A stretch of DNA of 49,621 bases, the filler included, from Cladosporium halotolerans (lineage: Eukaryota), in NCBI RefSeq assembly GCF_011745625.1. It is 2 parts of 2 records of this genome, joined end to end, with 100 filler letters (N's around TTAATTAATTAA, not from the genome) between each part and the next. Parts side by side here need not be neighbours in the genome. Positions count along the whole stretch, not along the records: positions 1 to 24,814 come from NW_027191539.1; 1 more part is not named here. The stretch is one strand, 5' to 3'. Under the pieces are notes generated by a model. That model had not been told where the DNA came from. It saw only the letters and a program-made list of their open reading frames with translations, and ran no database searches. This document shows, piece after piece, positions 1 to 11,673 of this stretch. The translations under genes and the position numbers were made by a program. Position 1 is the first letter of the stretch; the number at the start of each line of letters is the position of its first letter.

Positions 1-2376
1 TAACCGTCCAGTCTTGATACCCAGGTGAGGTAGCTGCACATCGCTGTCTATTCTTTCCCATCCCCAGTGCAAGGCTTGTTCGGAGCAAAGGATCAACACA
101 TACGGATTACTCGGGTCCTCCGGCGTGTCTTCAGCATGATAGCAAGTGCCAAGAATGCTTTCGATATCTCTGCGTCGATTCTGCAGCGCAGGAGAGGCGA
201 TCACATGGATGCTCGCCTTCTCATCGTACGGTGAGAGTCGTGCTTCAACCAGGAAATGTCCACTACAGGCAAGCGCGTTTAATAGGTCCTGGCAATTCTC
301 GTGCGCCATGTTCATGTTGTACTCGGTGGCGTTTTCGAACCGCTGGCTCAGAACTTTTGAGAAACGGAAGATCTTCCTTTGCCGTACACGGACAGAGTCC
401 AAGATGGATTTGTATCGTTTGCCCATCTCGGCGCCACCGACGTCTTCTGGCCGCCTCACAAGCTCCTTCTCGAAGTAGGTCGTGAGTCGGTTTAGGGACC
501 TGGACGTGAGAAACGAGAACTGCTCTGCAACCTCGACGTCTCCGCCTTCCAGGTGCCTACCGAGATGGTAGCAGAAGTTCCATTCCTGTTCCAGGATTTC
601 GGCTTCCTTAAACGTATTCTTGTGGGCCATGAGCTTCAGGTCGAGCATCTTGAGATAGAATTGAAGAGCGTCAATAACAATGCCGTCGAAGTCTTCGTCA
701 ATGCAAGACGGCGGGTCCCAGCCGGGCTCCGGCCGCGCAACGACAAGATATGCCTCCTTGATCTTGACAGCAAGAGTGAGTAGTATGCGGAACTGTAGAT
801 TCATCTGCTCAGCCATCATCACGCCGTGCTGTGCTGGATCTTCCATATTGTTCGCATAAGAGAGCCGCATACGAATAATCTCTTGTATAAGCCGAGCAGG
901 AAAGTTAATCAGGGCCAACAACTCTTCCGTGTAGGGAGGCAAATGGCGCTCAACGAAAGCCTGCACGTTCAAAATCAATGTGCCCTTGGCCTTGTTGATA
1001 ACTCTGTTGACGCCCTCGAGTAGACTGTTGTCACCTTGGAGTGATTTGAGACTGTCTTCCTTCAATACGCGATCCATGAATGAGCTCTCGTCAAAGAAAT
1101 GGCCATTCTGGTCCTCTGGAGAAACTGCACGAGGTTTCGTAAAGTCGAGCTCTACATTGCCAACCCACTGTTGCAGGACTCCAAGTTCGGTGTTGATGAG
1201 TTCTGTTGTGTTGTGCCAAGATACGACGACATCAGTGGCGTCCTTGTACGCAGCAGACGCAGCACCGGGCTGTGCTGCTTCTAAGGCCTGTTGAGTCGGA
1301 TAGAGCCTCTCAACCTTCTCAATGCGGTTCAGCACCTGCTGTACCTGCTCGAGCGGTGATTTCCCAACCACCGCCTCCCCTTCGATCTCAAAAGCGATAA
1401 TACGCTCGATAGTCTGTTTGACCTTGTTGCGGCCCTCCTCGATCAGCCGTCTCTGCATGGCCACACTGCGTCCGCAAGTCTTCGCTCTCACGCCTAACCA
1501 AATCTCTGTTTTCATAGTACCATCACCTTGCTGTCCCGAACCTCCGATAAGCCGCTTCTTCTCTTGCTTCACGACATCTCCCGTCAGCACATTGGCAAGC
1601 ATCGCATGCCATTCTAGTCTTTCGCGATTGGCGGGTATCTTCAGCTCTTCTTGAGAGGACACCTGCTGTTCGTTTCCGAAGTATAACAGCGCGCCCTGAC
1701 CATAGGGGTCATTCTCAACAAAACTTCCTAAGCCCGGTGACTCGTCTACTTCGCTCGATCCGTCGCTGTAATTCAGATTGGATCTGCGTGGTTCGGCGGA
1801 AAAGTCGTTATTCGGGGCGTACTCCCGCCGTATCCTCTGCACGTAGGCCTTCTCTTGCGCCCGGTATTCTGCGTTCGGATTGATCCTACCTCGGTGTCCA
1901 GAGCCTGCCCGAGACTTTTCGGGACTCCTGGCATATCGGTCAGGTCTTCGCGGCGGTGCGTAGACATCCGAACGTTGCCTCGTTGAGCTCGGCCGCATCG
2001 ATTGCTGCTGGCTACTGTGAAGACTATTCATGGGCGCCTCGGTCGGCATGCTCGAGTATGGCATGGCATAAGGTAACCGCGCGCTCGTGCGCAACATGGA
2101 TGTGGTAGGGACCCAGCCATACGATGACGAGCTTGTCAAGGGCGTGCCTCCATCTACGCTGCTGGTCTGGTCTGGCAGAAAGTGCCTGGCAGTGGCGCGG
2201 TCGGAATACATCTCGTGGCCCTCCAGTCCTTCACCGTAGTCCACCTCTTCGCCGGACGTGCCGGTGCCGGACGAGACAAAACTCTGCAGTACCGGCCTGC
2301 TCGGCCCCTCGCCACCGTATTCCATGATTGTTTCAGCCGAGGGTGGGTTGGGGACGATCAAGCTTGAGGCCTTCAT
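1..2376 (-). CDS. ssk2: Ssk2/SskB (Os-4/Wis4-like) MAP kinase kinase kinase, N-terminal regulatory region; 3' part with the kinase domain lies outside the window
   Basis: My translation of the minus strand is stop-free from 2520 to 1. It contains family-typical blocks RLEWHAMLANVLTGDVVKQEKKRL, FKEAEILEQEW, DSVRVRQRKIFRFSKVLSQRFENATEY, SGHFLV and PYVLIL. First in-frame ATG is at 2376; the true start is uncertain (see findings). Confidence 0.9.
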   Translation of the reverse strand, partial: MKASSLIVPNPPSAETIMEYGGEGPSRPVLQSFVSSGTGTSGEEVDYGEGLEGHEMYSDRATARHFLPDQTSSVDGGTPLTSSSSYGWVPTTSMLRTSARLPYAMPYSSMPTEAPMNSLHSSQQQSMRPSSTRQRSDVYAPPRRPDRYARSPEKSRAGSGHRGRINPNAEYRAQEKAYVQRIRREYAPNNDFSAEPRRSNLNYSDGSSEVDESPGLGSFVENDPYGQGALLYFGNEQQVSSQEELKIPANRERLEWHAMLANVLTGDVVKQEKKRLIGGSGQQGDGTMKTEIWLGVRAKTCGRSVAMQRRLIEEGRNKVKQTIERIIAFEIEGEAVVGKSPLEQVQQVLNRIEKVERLYPTQQALEAAQPGAASAAYKDATDVVVSWHNTTELINTELGVLQQWVGNVELDFTKPRAVSPEDQNGHFFDESSFMDRVLKEDSLKSLQGDNSLLEGVNRVINKAKGTLILNVQAFVERHLPPYTEELLALINFPARLIQEIIRMRLSYANNMEDPAQHGVMMAEQMNLQFRILLTLAVKIKEAYLVVARPEPGWDPPSCIDEDFDGIVIDALQFYLKMLDLKLMAHKNTFKEAEILEQEWNFCYHLGRHLEGGDVEVAEQFSFLTSRSLNRLTTYFEKELVRRPEDVGGAEMGKRYKSILDSVRVRQRKIFRFSKVLSQRFENATEYNMNMAHENCQDLLNALACSGHFLVEARLSPYDEKASIHVIASPALQNRRRDIESILGTCYHAEDTPEDPSNPYVLILCSEQALHWGWERIDSDVQLPHLGIKTGRL

Positions 2377-2488
2377 AGAGGAGGGCGGACTCTTGCCTCG
2401 ACTGCGCAGGCTGCTCGTGTTCCGATCGCACGATCGGCAGAGACTCTGGGGCAGTTCGCTGACACTACTCCACTCCGCACGAACGTCG

Positions 2489-2581
2489 TGATGATGATGA
2501 TGATGATGATGATGATAAATTTATTCCGCCCGGCGCTAAGCACCTAAAGGGCACTGTTCTATTTACGTCACTAAGTGTGCA
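2489..2581 (-). mobile_element. Short 3'-end remnant of a non-LTR retrotransposon with an (ATC)n tail
   Basis: Minus strand reads ...GCGCCGGGCGG-AATAAA-TTT-(ATC)9. Layout resembles the 3' end of the LINE at 8698 (TAGTGAC...CCGGG...tail). Confidence 0.6.
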
Positions 2582-2674
2582 TAGAAGGTTTCCCGGGCTC
2601 GTGCACATCCCTGGCTCGTGCACACTTTCACAACTCGTCATCAATGCACTTCCACACGCGATATCTCCACCGCC

Positions 2675-4737
2675 ATGGCTCCTATAGATGAAGCGGTCTT
2701 ATTTATAAAATCCTCTGGATCTGAAAATATATCTGAAGTAGCCAGAAAATTCAATGTCGATAGAAGCACCCTCAGCAAGCGCTTTCGCGGCAAGACGCGC
2801 TCCGCAGTCAATGGCTACCACATGCAGCAACTTCTCACGCACAAGCAAGAGTGCATGCTTGTGAAGCAGATTAATAGACTCTCTGAGTGGTGTCTCCCAC
2901 CTACACCGTCAATGGTAAGAGCTTGGGCTGCTACCTTATGTGGAACTGAGCCCGGCAAAAACTGGTCTGTCGCTTTCCGAGCCAGACACAAGGATGAGCT
3001 TGACTGCAGATATCTCACCACCACAGACCTCGAGAGGCACAAAGCCGACTCAACGCACTCATACAGACAGTACTTCGCTGTATTGAAGCAAAAGATGATC
3101 CAATATGGCATACAGCCTCACAATTGCTACAACATGGACGAGAAAGGCTTCCTCATTGGCCACCTGCAGAAGGTCAAAAGGATCTTCCCGAAGTCTCTCA
3201 TGTTGTGAAACTGGGTTCCTGCCCCTAAACACTGCAGCTGTTATCAGCTTATCATACGCTAGTGTTTCAGGTTGGCTACATATATACAGTCCTTACCTCC
3301 AGAATGTAGAGAACATATGGGAATGATCTTGCGTACGATGCTACTGATCAGAAATTGATCAACATCTCATGAAGACGCAGAAGCTTCTAGGCACCGGCCA
3401 AGATGGGGCCCGGCACTGGATTACCCTTATAGCGACCATATGTGCCGATGGCAGCTCGCTGTCGCCTGCTCTGATCTACAAAGCTGTCAGTGGTGATCTT
3501 CAGGACACTTGGCTTCAAGACTACAAGCCAGAAGAGCATCCTTGTTGGTTTGCAAGCTCACTTAATGGATGGACCAGTGATGAGCTTGGCTTGAGCTGGT
3601 TACAGAGTCTCTTCGATCCTCAGACTTCAGACAAGGCCAAGAGAGACTGGAGGCTGCTCATTCTCGACGGTTCACGGCTCTCATTGTACTCTGGACTTCC
3701 TCGAATGGTGTCATAAGCGCAGGATTCTGGTTGCTATCTATCCACCTCACTCGACTCATAGACTGCAGCCTCTGGATGTCAGTTTGTTCAGACCACTCGC
3801 CGCCTATTACAGCCAAGCCTTGGACGCTCACACCAGACAGTCGCTTGGCCTGTCAAGCGTGAGTAAGCGAGACTTCTTCACCATCTTCTACCCAGCGTTC
3901 GACAAGGCCTTCACAGAAAAGAATATCCGGTCGGCTTGGCGCAAGACTGGCATAGAGCCATGGGATCCGGCTCAGGTGCTAAATGTCTTCGACAAGGAGG
4001 AAGGGAAGGTCTTGGATGGTTCACCAGCCTCAGCGGCCTCCGAGAGCCTCGGAAGTAGCTGCTTCGACTCCCCGGGAGCTACAAGGAAGATGAGGAGGAT
4101 TGTGAGTCGAAGTGTGACTGCCGACGGCGCCAGAAAAGACAGGACGATTAGACTGCTCGGCGATGCCTACCTGGGAGCTTCTGCCAGAGCCAAGTTGGCA
4201 GAAGAGCGCGAGGAAGGCCTTCTTCGGTCTATCGACTCGGAAAAGAAGAAGAGGAAATGCGGTAGCGCATTCACCGAGCAACTCAGAGCAGATGAAGGCC
4301 TTGGTGTGCTGTTCTTTAGCCCTTCCAAGGTAGTCCGAGCTAGGGAGCTTGCAGCAGCTCAGGAGTTCGCCAAAGATGACCAGGCGCTCGATCGACTGCT
4401 CCGAGCTCAAGACAGAGCTCAGCTCAAGGCTCAAAGGGAGCTAGAGGCTCAGCAGAAGCGCGAGGACAGAGCTATCAAAGCTGCCGCAAGGAAGACCAAG
4501 AAGGCCCTGAAAAAGGCTCAAAGGGAGCGTGACAGAATGGCTAAAAAGGCCATGAAGCAGCTTCAAACAAAGCCGTCGGCCTCTAGTAGACGGCCAAGAG
4601 GAAAGCCATCGAAGCAAAACCAGTCTATAGAGCCTGTCGCAGTTGCTACCGAGCCAGAAGCTGAAATAGTGCCAGAACAGCCAAGGTCAAGAACCGGTAG
4701 AACTATCAAGCGACCAAGGTTCTTTGACGATATCTGA
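2675..4737 (+). pseudogene. Pogo/Fot1 transposase (HTH, CENP-B-like HTH, DDE_1), disrupted
   Basis: Motifs YNMDEKGF, LLILDG(HGSH) and THRLQPLDV. Broken by the solo LTR at 3201-3364 and an extra T at 3671-3672; removing both gives one continuous frame from the ATG at 2675. Confidence 0.9.
3201..3364. mobile_element. Solo LTR (164 bp) of an LTR retrotransposon
   Basis: TGTTG...CAACA termini, perfect 5-bp TSD TCTCA (3196-3200 and 3365-3369), internal TATATA. Excision restores transposase ...PKSLMKTQKL... Confidence 0.9.
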
Positions 4738-5092
4738 GTATGTAGGCCTATAGAATAGCCTATCGTGAATCAAATGAGATACTCTTGAGCTCTCGCGCAT
4801 GTGTTTGGAATGAAATGTGCTGCTTCAAAAGTGGCGGTGCTGGCGCGGAGATGGTGTGCACGAGCCAGGGATGTGCACAAGCCCGGGAAACCTTCTAGCG
4901 CGACATGGGGTGAAGGGTCGAGCCGAGCAAACAAACGAGATTTGACGTTTTGCCGAAATTGTTTGCATGCTTCACAGACCGGCTGTACATTGCATACTGA
5001 GCCGGTTCTGAGGAATTGGCAAATTGGCTGCAGCTTGGATACCAGCTGCTAAACGCCGGCCTCCTAAACGTTCACGAGGGCGATGTTTTCTC

Positions 5093-6429
5093 TTTTTTTT
5101 ATTATTATTCATATTGCATTCAAGCTAAATAGCTTATGGCACGTCGGCTATCTTCTCAACGACTTCTATGGCATCCTGGTGTGCTCTCGCGTTGACCTTT
5201 TACAGTACAGTTATGCTCGCCGTCCCGAAATCCACCGAGCCGCCAGAGCTTTTGGGTTTATTGCCCTCCTACTTTCTTGTCTTTGTCATTCCTCATCTGT
5301 CCCCTCATCCACGCCCGCTCTCCTCCGCCATCTCTCCCTCTTCAACGCCCCGATCTAATAGTTCGATATCCCACGAATCATCTTGGGCACCTTCTCCAGG
5401 GATTTTCTTGCCCACCTCTGTATCTTCGAGGAAATGGAGCACTTGTGCCGCGGCTTCTGCTCCGAACAGAGTCTGCAGGTCTGCTCTGTCGCTCCTTTCG
5501 CTGATCGAGACTTTCTTACTGTTCAGCCTTCGTAGCATGGCATATCGCTGCCTTCGCCATCTTCTGCATTTGAGCAGTAGATGTTTGACTGACTGCTCGA
5601 TTGCCCCGCACCACCAACAGTGTGCGTCGAGGGCCTTGCCAACTCTCAAAAGGTAGACTCCTGTGACCGCGTGGCCAGACTTGAGCTGCAAGTACCGAGC
5701 TCGAACCGATTTCTTGGCATCCTTGACGCTTCTATCAATTTTGCATTGTGGCTTCCACCTTTCTCTGATGGTTTGCTTGACGTGACACAGTGACGCCGAA
5801 CGCATTGTTCTTGGCTGTTCCCGTGCTGCTCGTTGCGCCGCAAGACTCGCGATTCTGTAGCCTTCTATGTCTTCGTCACTCGCAAGCCATGTCAGGGCCA
5901 CTCGAACACCTGCGTTTTCGGCCCGTAGTGCCCATCTCCCGATGTCTGTGATGACAGGCAAGGCCCAGTCCTTGTCGTTCTCGATGGCGGCTATTTCGAG
6001 CTGTGAATCAGTCACGATCTCAGCAAAGCAGCGGTCTGCCCGACGAAGGATCTGGGTGATGTCTTTCACCACCATGCGGATAGCAAACACTGCAGCATCG
6101 GGGAGTGTTATGTACTTGCCCAGCGATGCGGCCTTTGTCTTCCACCCGCGTTGCTATCTCCATGCCACCGCTACTCCATAGCTGACGTCCTTGGTCCCAC
6201 TCACGAAGATTGTCAGTTGTCGTGGGTGGTCAGGTAGCATCCTCTCCGGCACCTGGCGTGACCGGTGATCCCTGCGGTAGTCCAGCCTGGATCCTGCGGG
6301 CCTCGCCTGTTCGTCCGTCGATTGCAAGCATTGCTTGCCGGTCCGACAAGAATGAGTTCACCCAGCGTACAATACTACCGGCTATACCGACTCCGATCAT
6401 CCGCTTGAGCAGCTTTCTCTTGTTGACCC
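5093..6429 (-). mobile_element. 5'-truncated, internally deleted Tad1-like LINE (same family as 19039-24710)
   Basis: A-rich tail and shared 3' motif TGCATTCAAGCTAAATAGCTTATGGCACGTCGGCTATCTT. ORF2 C-terminus (ARYLQLKSGHA, CWWC..H..C) is joined at ~6255 directly to an RT fragment (GLPQGSP). Confidence 0.88.
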
Positions 6430-6573
6430 TGCGGAACTGTCACTTCGATAAAGTCTGTGCCCTGAGACATTGAAGGTTCAACGGTGTTGGACGCCTAAGC
6501 CCCAACACTAGCGTGACGGCATATTTGACCAATCATGCACCTACGGGCACGTTCGATCAGCGACCACACTCGT

Positions 6574-8285
6574 TTAATCGCCCTCATAGGAGTCTTTGGC
6601 AAAGAACGAATTGTGCATCCTCATCAAACCATGCTTAAGTGGTGAAATGTCCCTACACTGGCTCGTTTCAATGTCGTCATTGCCGCAAAGATGAGCTTCG
6701 ATGCGTTCGAGATCCTCTACACATGGAAGCAGCACTACTTCGAGGATCTTAAAAGCTCGGAGGGCCAGCTCGGAAGGCCTTTGGACGACACAGCTCGCAA
6801 CAGCGATAGTTTGCATCGGCGTCGGTGTCAGGGGAGGCATGTCACGGAAAGCGTCGATGAACTTGTCCAACAGCAGTGCCACGCCAGGCTCGTCGCAAGT
6901 AGGCGAAGGTCGTTTTCTTTTGAGACCAGGTTGGGACTCCCGCTCCAATGGGGTAGATATGCCTAAAGTTGTCGATTGCTGGGTTGTATCAGGGCTACCT
7001 CCCGATGGTTGAGGCTGTGACGACGTGATTCCGACAGGTCTGCGGATCAAAGTAACTGTCACCCTCTTCACCACCCCTTTCCCACCGGATACCACTCGCT
7101 ATCCGTCATCCTACACTTTCGTTATCTGATGAATCCAGAATGGCCGCCGCAGAAGCGTTTCGAATCCGTGTTTTCGTGGTCCTGGAGGGGCGCGCCGCAA
7201 AGAAGTCGGGCTTTTTCGGAGGAGGTAGAATAGGTCCAAAGGCAGAGACGAGTTCGACCCTGGGTTGGTCGTCCCTGGGACTGTCGGGAAACCTGACTCG
7301 GCGAGCACTTTAGGTGTCAGAAGAGTCGTCGGCAGGATTCTTCTCGTTCAACGAGCGCACGTCGTCCAAGATGACATCAGGAGATCGCAGCAACGGTATG
7401 CCCGGTTGACGTCGGGCGTTCTCATCCGTGCGACATCGCATCGACTGGATTCAGTGGTCGATCGCCTTCTCCAGAGAATAGCCGCGTCATGCGTCTTTGG
7501 TCATTTGCGCAAGCAAACGCTTCGAACATTGTTGGGCTCGGACCCACCGGAGGCCACGGAGTCCGTGCGGTATCTTTTGGAACCAGTCCGGGCCCCACGC
7601 CTCGGAGATGATCTTTAGACTCCTCTATTTCGACAGGTCCGCCGAAGAGCCGATGACGATGTTCGCTATGACGTGGTCTAGTCGGAGCTGTCGAGAGTAT
7701 CGAGGAATGTCTCTGCGGATATGACTTTCGGGCCTTGGTGTCCCTTCCGCAGCGAGTGTGCTTCGACGTGGCGGTAGACCAAGGTAGAGGTGAGCGCGGG
7801 TTGTTCGGTGGAGTCGGCCAGGTCTTCCAGTACGGCAAGAGCCGCTCGATGGCCGACCAAGGCTCCATCGCCACCGCGTAGACTGTCCAAGATGGAGAAA
7901 CTTGGTTGTGTGATGCGGAAGCGGCGAGAGAGCTGATTTTCGATGACAGGTAGGGGATGAGATCTAGGCGGTCTTGCAAGTCTCCCACATCTGCTCTTGC
8001 ACGGCGCTCTGTCTACAATAGCTTGTACTGCAGTGTTGAATTACGCGAAAGTATCTCACGGGCAGTTTGAGGTGAGGGCGAGTCAGCTGCGACCGCCATC
8101 CCGACCGGTTCGCGATGCGGCTCAGGAGATGCAGGGCGAAGGCGAGATAGCAAGCTGTCGACAAGACGCGGGCGACTCCAGCCTACCCACGATTCTAATA
8201 CCATCCTACTTACACTTCCAAGTAGTTTAGCGCAAGGAATGCGGGTCGGATTCCTTGAGGTAATGGCATAATTGTGTGGATCCAC
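6574..8285 (-). pseudogene. Degenerate ORF remnant of unknown identity
   Basis: Chain of minus-strand coding-like pieces (8013-8285, 7422-7988, 6574-7095) separated by stops and frameshifts; no domain recognised. Confidence 0.3.
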
Positions 8286-11200
8286 CGATAAGGCCCCAAG
8301 TTGAGCGTCAACGATAAGTGGCAGCCCAAGTGAAGACTTGCTAAAATGTCTCTGTTCAATGCATTCGAAGAAGACGTCGCGGTCCGTTATATGCCGTCCT
8401 AAGCGAATCCCTTGATGTTTTTCGGATGTGCACGCCCAGCTGTAGCCATTTTACATGCAGATTAAGGGAAAAGCGAGTTCTGGGCGAGGCGGATGCGGCT
8501 GGATTGTAGGATAAGTTGGACCTTGCCGCTCGCTGATTTGCCACCATGACAGCAAAGCTGACATGAGAGGGAACTTTACCTTCGGAGTTCCGTATCACGC
8601 GATGCTTCGGATATTCACCTCCACTAATGGCTTCTGAGGAGTATTCGGCCCCACTAATCCTCCTAGTATATAAGCCTAATCACTACGGAAACCTATATGA
8701 TTGATTTGATTTGATATTCTGTTCACCCGGTGTAGCTCACTTACGGGTCCATGCAGGCTGTCACTATGTATGCTATTAAGGAGGGAACCCGTGGCCGTGG
8801 CCCGGGTGAAAACTCCTTCTTCTCTCGATGGATGGCCATTGCCCTCCCGCCAGTGAGTCTACGATACAGTAAGACGTAGCTGCGCGCCTTAAACGCGCTT
8901 CAGCACTCGCCATCATCCTCATCCACATACGTCCCCGGCCTTCGTCCCCGTCACCTTGGTTCTACATCGTCCGATCTCCTCGCCAAGGAGAACTGGGCGA
9001 GGATGTTACGCCGTAGGAACCACTTGGTCACCGCACGTAGGCCTGCCTCAGTTGACAGCGATTTTGTGTAGTCGGTCGTCTTTGCTTCTGCTAGCATCTC
9101 TGCCCTTCTTATCGTGTGCGCAGGACAAAATAAAATGACTCGTGTTGGAGTCTGTCGCGGCCAGCCGCAGCCGCAATCTGGTTTCGAGTATCCGGGTACG
9201 CGCCTCCGGCATAGGTAGTCGTTCAGACCGACGTGCTCGGTCCTGAGTAGCGTTGCAACTGTACTCTCGGCCCTGGTTAAATTCGCCTTCGTCCGTGGTC
9301 CCCGAGTCCACGTCGCACGCGCTGCAACGGCTAGGCTGCTGTCCTTCGCCGAGACGCACGTGTTTCCTGCTGGTACCTGGCCCACCTGGCTTTCCAAGCC
9401 TCTTCGAGCTCTTTCGTCGCAGCTGTCCTGTTCCCGCAACGCCTGGTCGGGCTCGATTGCTGTCGGATCGATTTGACTCTTGCTCGAAATTGGTCGGTGT
9501 GTCTTGTCGGAATGTTGCCTTTCGTCCGGAAGCGGCGCTGAGCCCTTTCATCCGTAGCCTTGCGGGCCTCTTCCACAGCCTGGTCGCCCGGACAGCCTTC
9601 CGTTCTATGAACATGGTTGACCGCTAGCATTCCGAGGTGGAGGTTCAAGGGTGCAAGACTCGCCTCGTGTTCCAGCGTTGGACATTTGTCGTGTTGTATG
9701 CGCCTGTGATGGTTCTGAGGCACTTGTTCTGTACTGTCTGTGGTGGATAGATCAGTGTTTCGGTTGGCTCGTTCATCTCCAAGCGAAAACCACACCGAGC
9801 AGCCATAGGAGAGTACTGGACGGACGACAGCAGCGTAGATCTGACTTGCCTTGGCAAACGTAGCTTCCCACGTGCCTTGGTCAATCGGCTAATTGACGCC
9901 ATGTGTGCCGCCGCCTATGCTGCCGTCAGGTTGACGTGAGGACCCCACCTGAGCTTTGAGTCTAGGTGGGTTCCGAGGATTCTCATAACTGGCACTGGCC
10001 CGCCTTGGAGTTTGGGTATCCGTACGGTCGCCTGCGTGTTGAACTTCTTGGGGCGGCGAGTGAAATGCATCAGCTGGTACTTCTCGGGCGCGAAGGTCGC
10101 GCCGTGTGTGCGTGCCCAGGCCACACACTTCTCATTGGCGCTTTCCAGAACTCGACAGTTCGCTTCCGTGCTTCTGCTAAACGTGAGTATGTTGGTGTCG
10201 TCCACGAAGCCGATCGCGGTCATTGCTCCGGCGTTGAGCTGCGGGAGGAGGGTGGAAGCGAAGAAGAGAAAGGGGATCGGTGATAGTGTTGAGCCCTGGG
10301 GAATACCTGATGTTGTGGATCGGACCCTATCTTCGTATGTGCCTAGCGTAAGGGTCGTTGTCCGACCGGTCAAGAAGGAGCGGATGTAGCTGGTTACCCA
10401 CTGCGGTATCCCCGCGTTCCGGATATTGTGAACCAGCCTCTCGCGAGAAACATTGTCGAACACTCCAGAGATGTCCAGGCTGAGCATGCTCGCCATCAAA
10501 GTGGGATCGTTCGCCCGTACCGTCTGGATCTGCTCGGTGAGCATTTCTAGCGCAGTGATGGTCGATCGTCCCGGCCGTACACCCATCTGTGTGACTGGCA
10601 GCAAGTTGTGTTCTTCCGCCAACGCTGACATCCGGCGGGCACCGATCTTATCGAGCACCTTCCCGAGCGTGTTGAGCAGAGCTATAGGTCTGTATGCTTT
10701 CGCGACACCATATGAGGGCCTCTGTGGCTTCCTCAAGGCTACCGTTCTGGAATGGCGGAAGGGCGTTGGGTGGTAAGATCCCTGCAAGCAGTCTTGGAAT
10801 AGCTCGGCTAAAGGTTCCGCGAGTATATCTCTGCATCCGCGCAGGAAGCGGTTGGGTATACTGTCCGGCCCTGAGGCCTTGTCTGGCGCGATTCTCTTTA
10901 GCATGTCTCTGATCTTGTCCGCCGTGACCTCCTGGCTCATCGAGAGCTCGGGCGGGTAACTATAGCCCTCGATGTCGGTGAGATCTGCCCTCACCGGTGG
11001 CGGAAAGAAGTGTTCTGCGAGCACGTTGGCTTTTGCTTCGTTTGAGCTGTGGTACGCGCCATCTTTGTCTTTTATCGGTGGGAACTGAGGTGGCGCCGGC
11101 GGCTGTTGGGCTGTCGTTCGTGCCCACTTTGTCAACCGCCACATCTTTGCCGGATCACGCATGATATCGGCTACGGTTCGTCTCCAAGCCAGCGTGCTCT

Positions 11201-11673
11201 CCCTCTTGATCTGCTGTTTCATCTCGTTTGCCGCCTGGCGGTAGATGACGTAGGCCTTATATGTGCCGTGAGCCACCCACTCCCGTCGGGCTCGTCGAGC
11301 CCGCCTGACGCTCTTTATCAGGAAACCATCCGCGACACAATCCCCCTGGCCAGACCTTCTCGATGGATCGGTACTGGTGGGAGTGACTTGAGTCGCCCAG
11401 GCACTCCTTGGTTTAGCTCTCCTAATCGATGCTCCAGGTGCTCGCGCACCTGCTCCCAGTCCGCCTTGCGCCACTGAGGTTGTCCTGTGGGCTCCGCTCG
11501 CTGTGGAACTGATGCCCCGATCGACGTGATGATCGGTATATGGTCGGAGTCCGAGTCTAATTCCTCGCATGGTCGGCATTGCAGCACTTGCTTTATTATC
11601 CCTGGCGTCGCAAAGGACAGGTCCAGCGTGCTCATGCTGCTGCCTGATCTCCACGTCACGGTACCTTGCGGCT

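Larger units (their letters stand above)
2584..4895 (+). mobile_element. Fot1/pogo-family (Tc1-mariner superfamily) DNA transposon
   Basis: 42-bp TIRs at 2584-2625 and 4854-4895 (1 mismatch), TA duplication at 2582-2583 and 4896-4897, internal DDE transposase. Confidence 0.95.

Noticed and set aside
146..2491. Many short plus-strand ORFs
   Set aside because: Antisense shadows of the continuous ssk2 frame.
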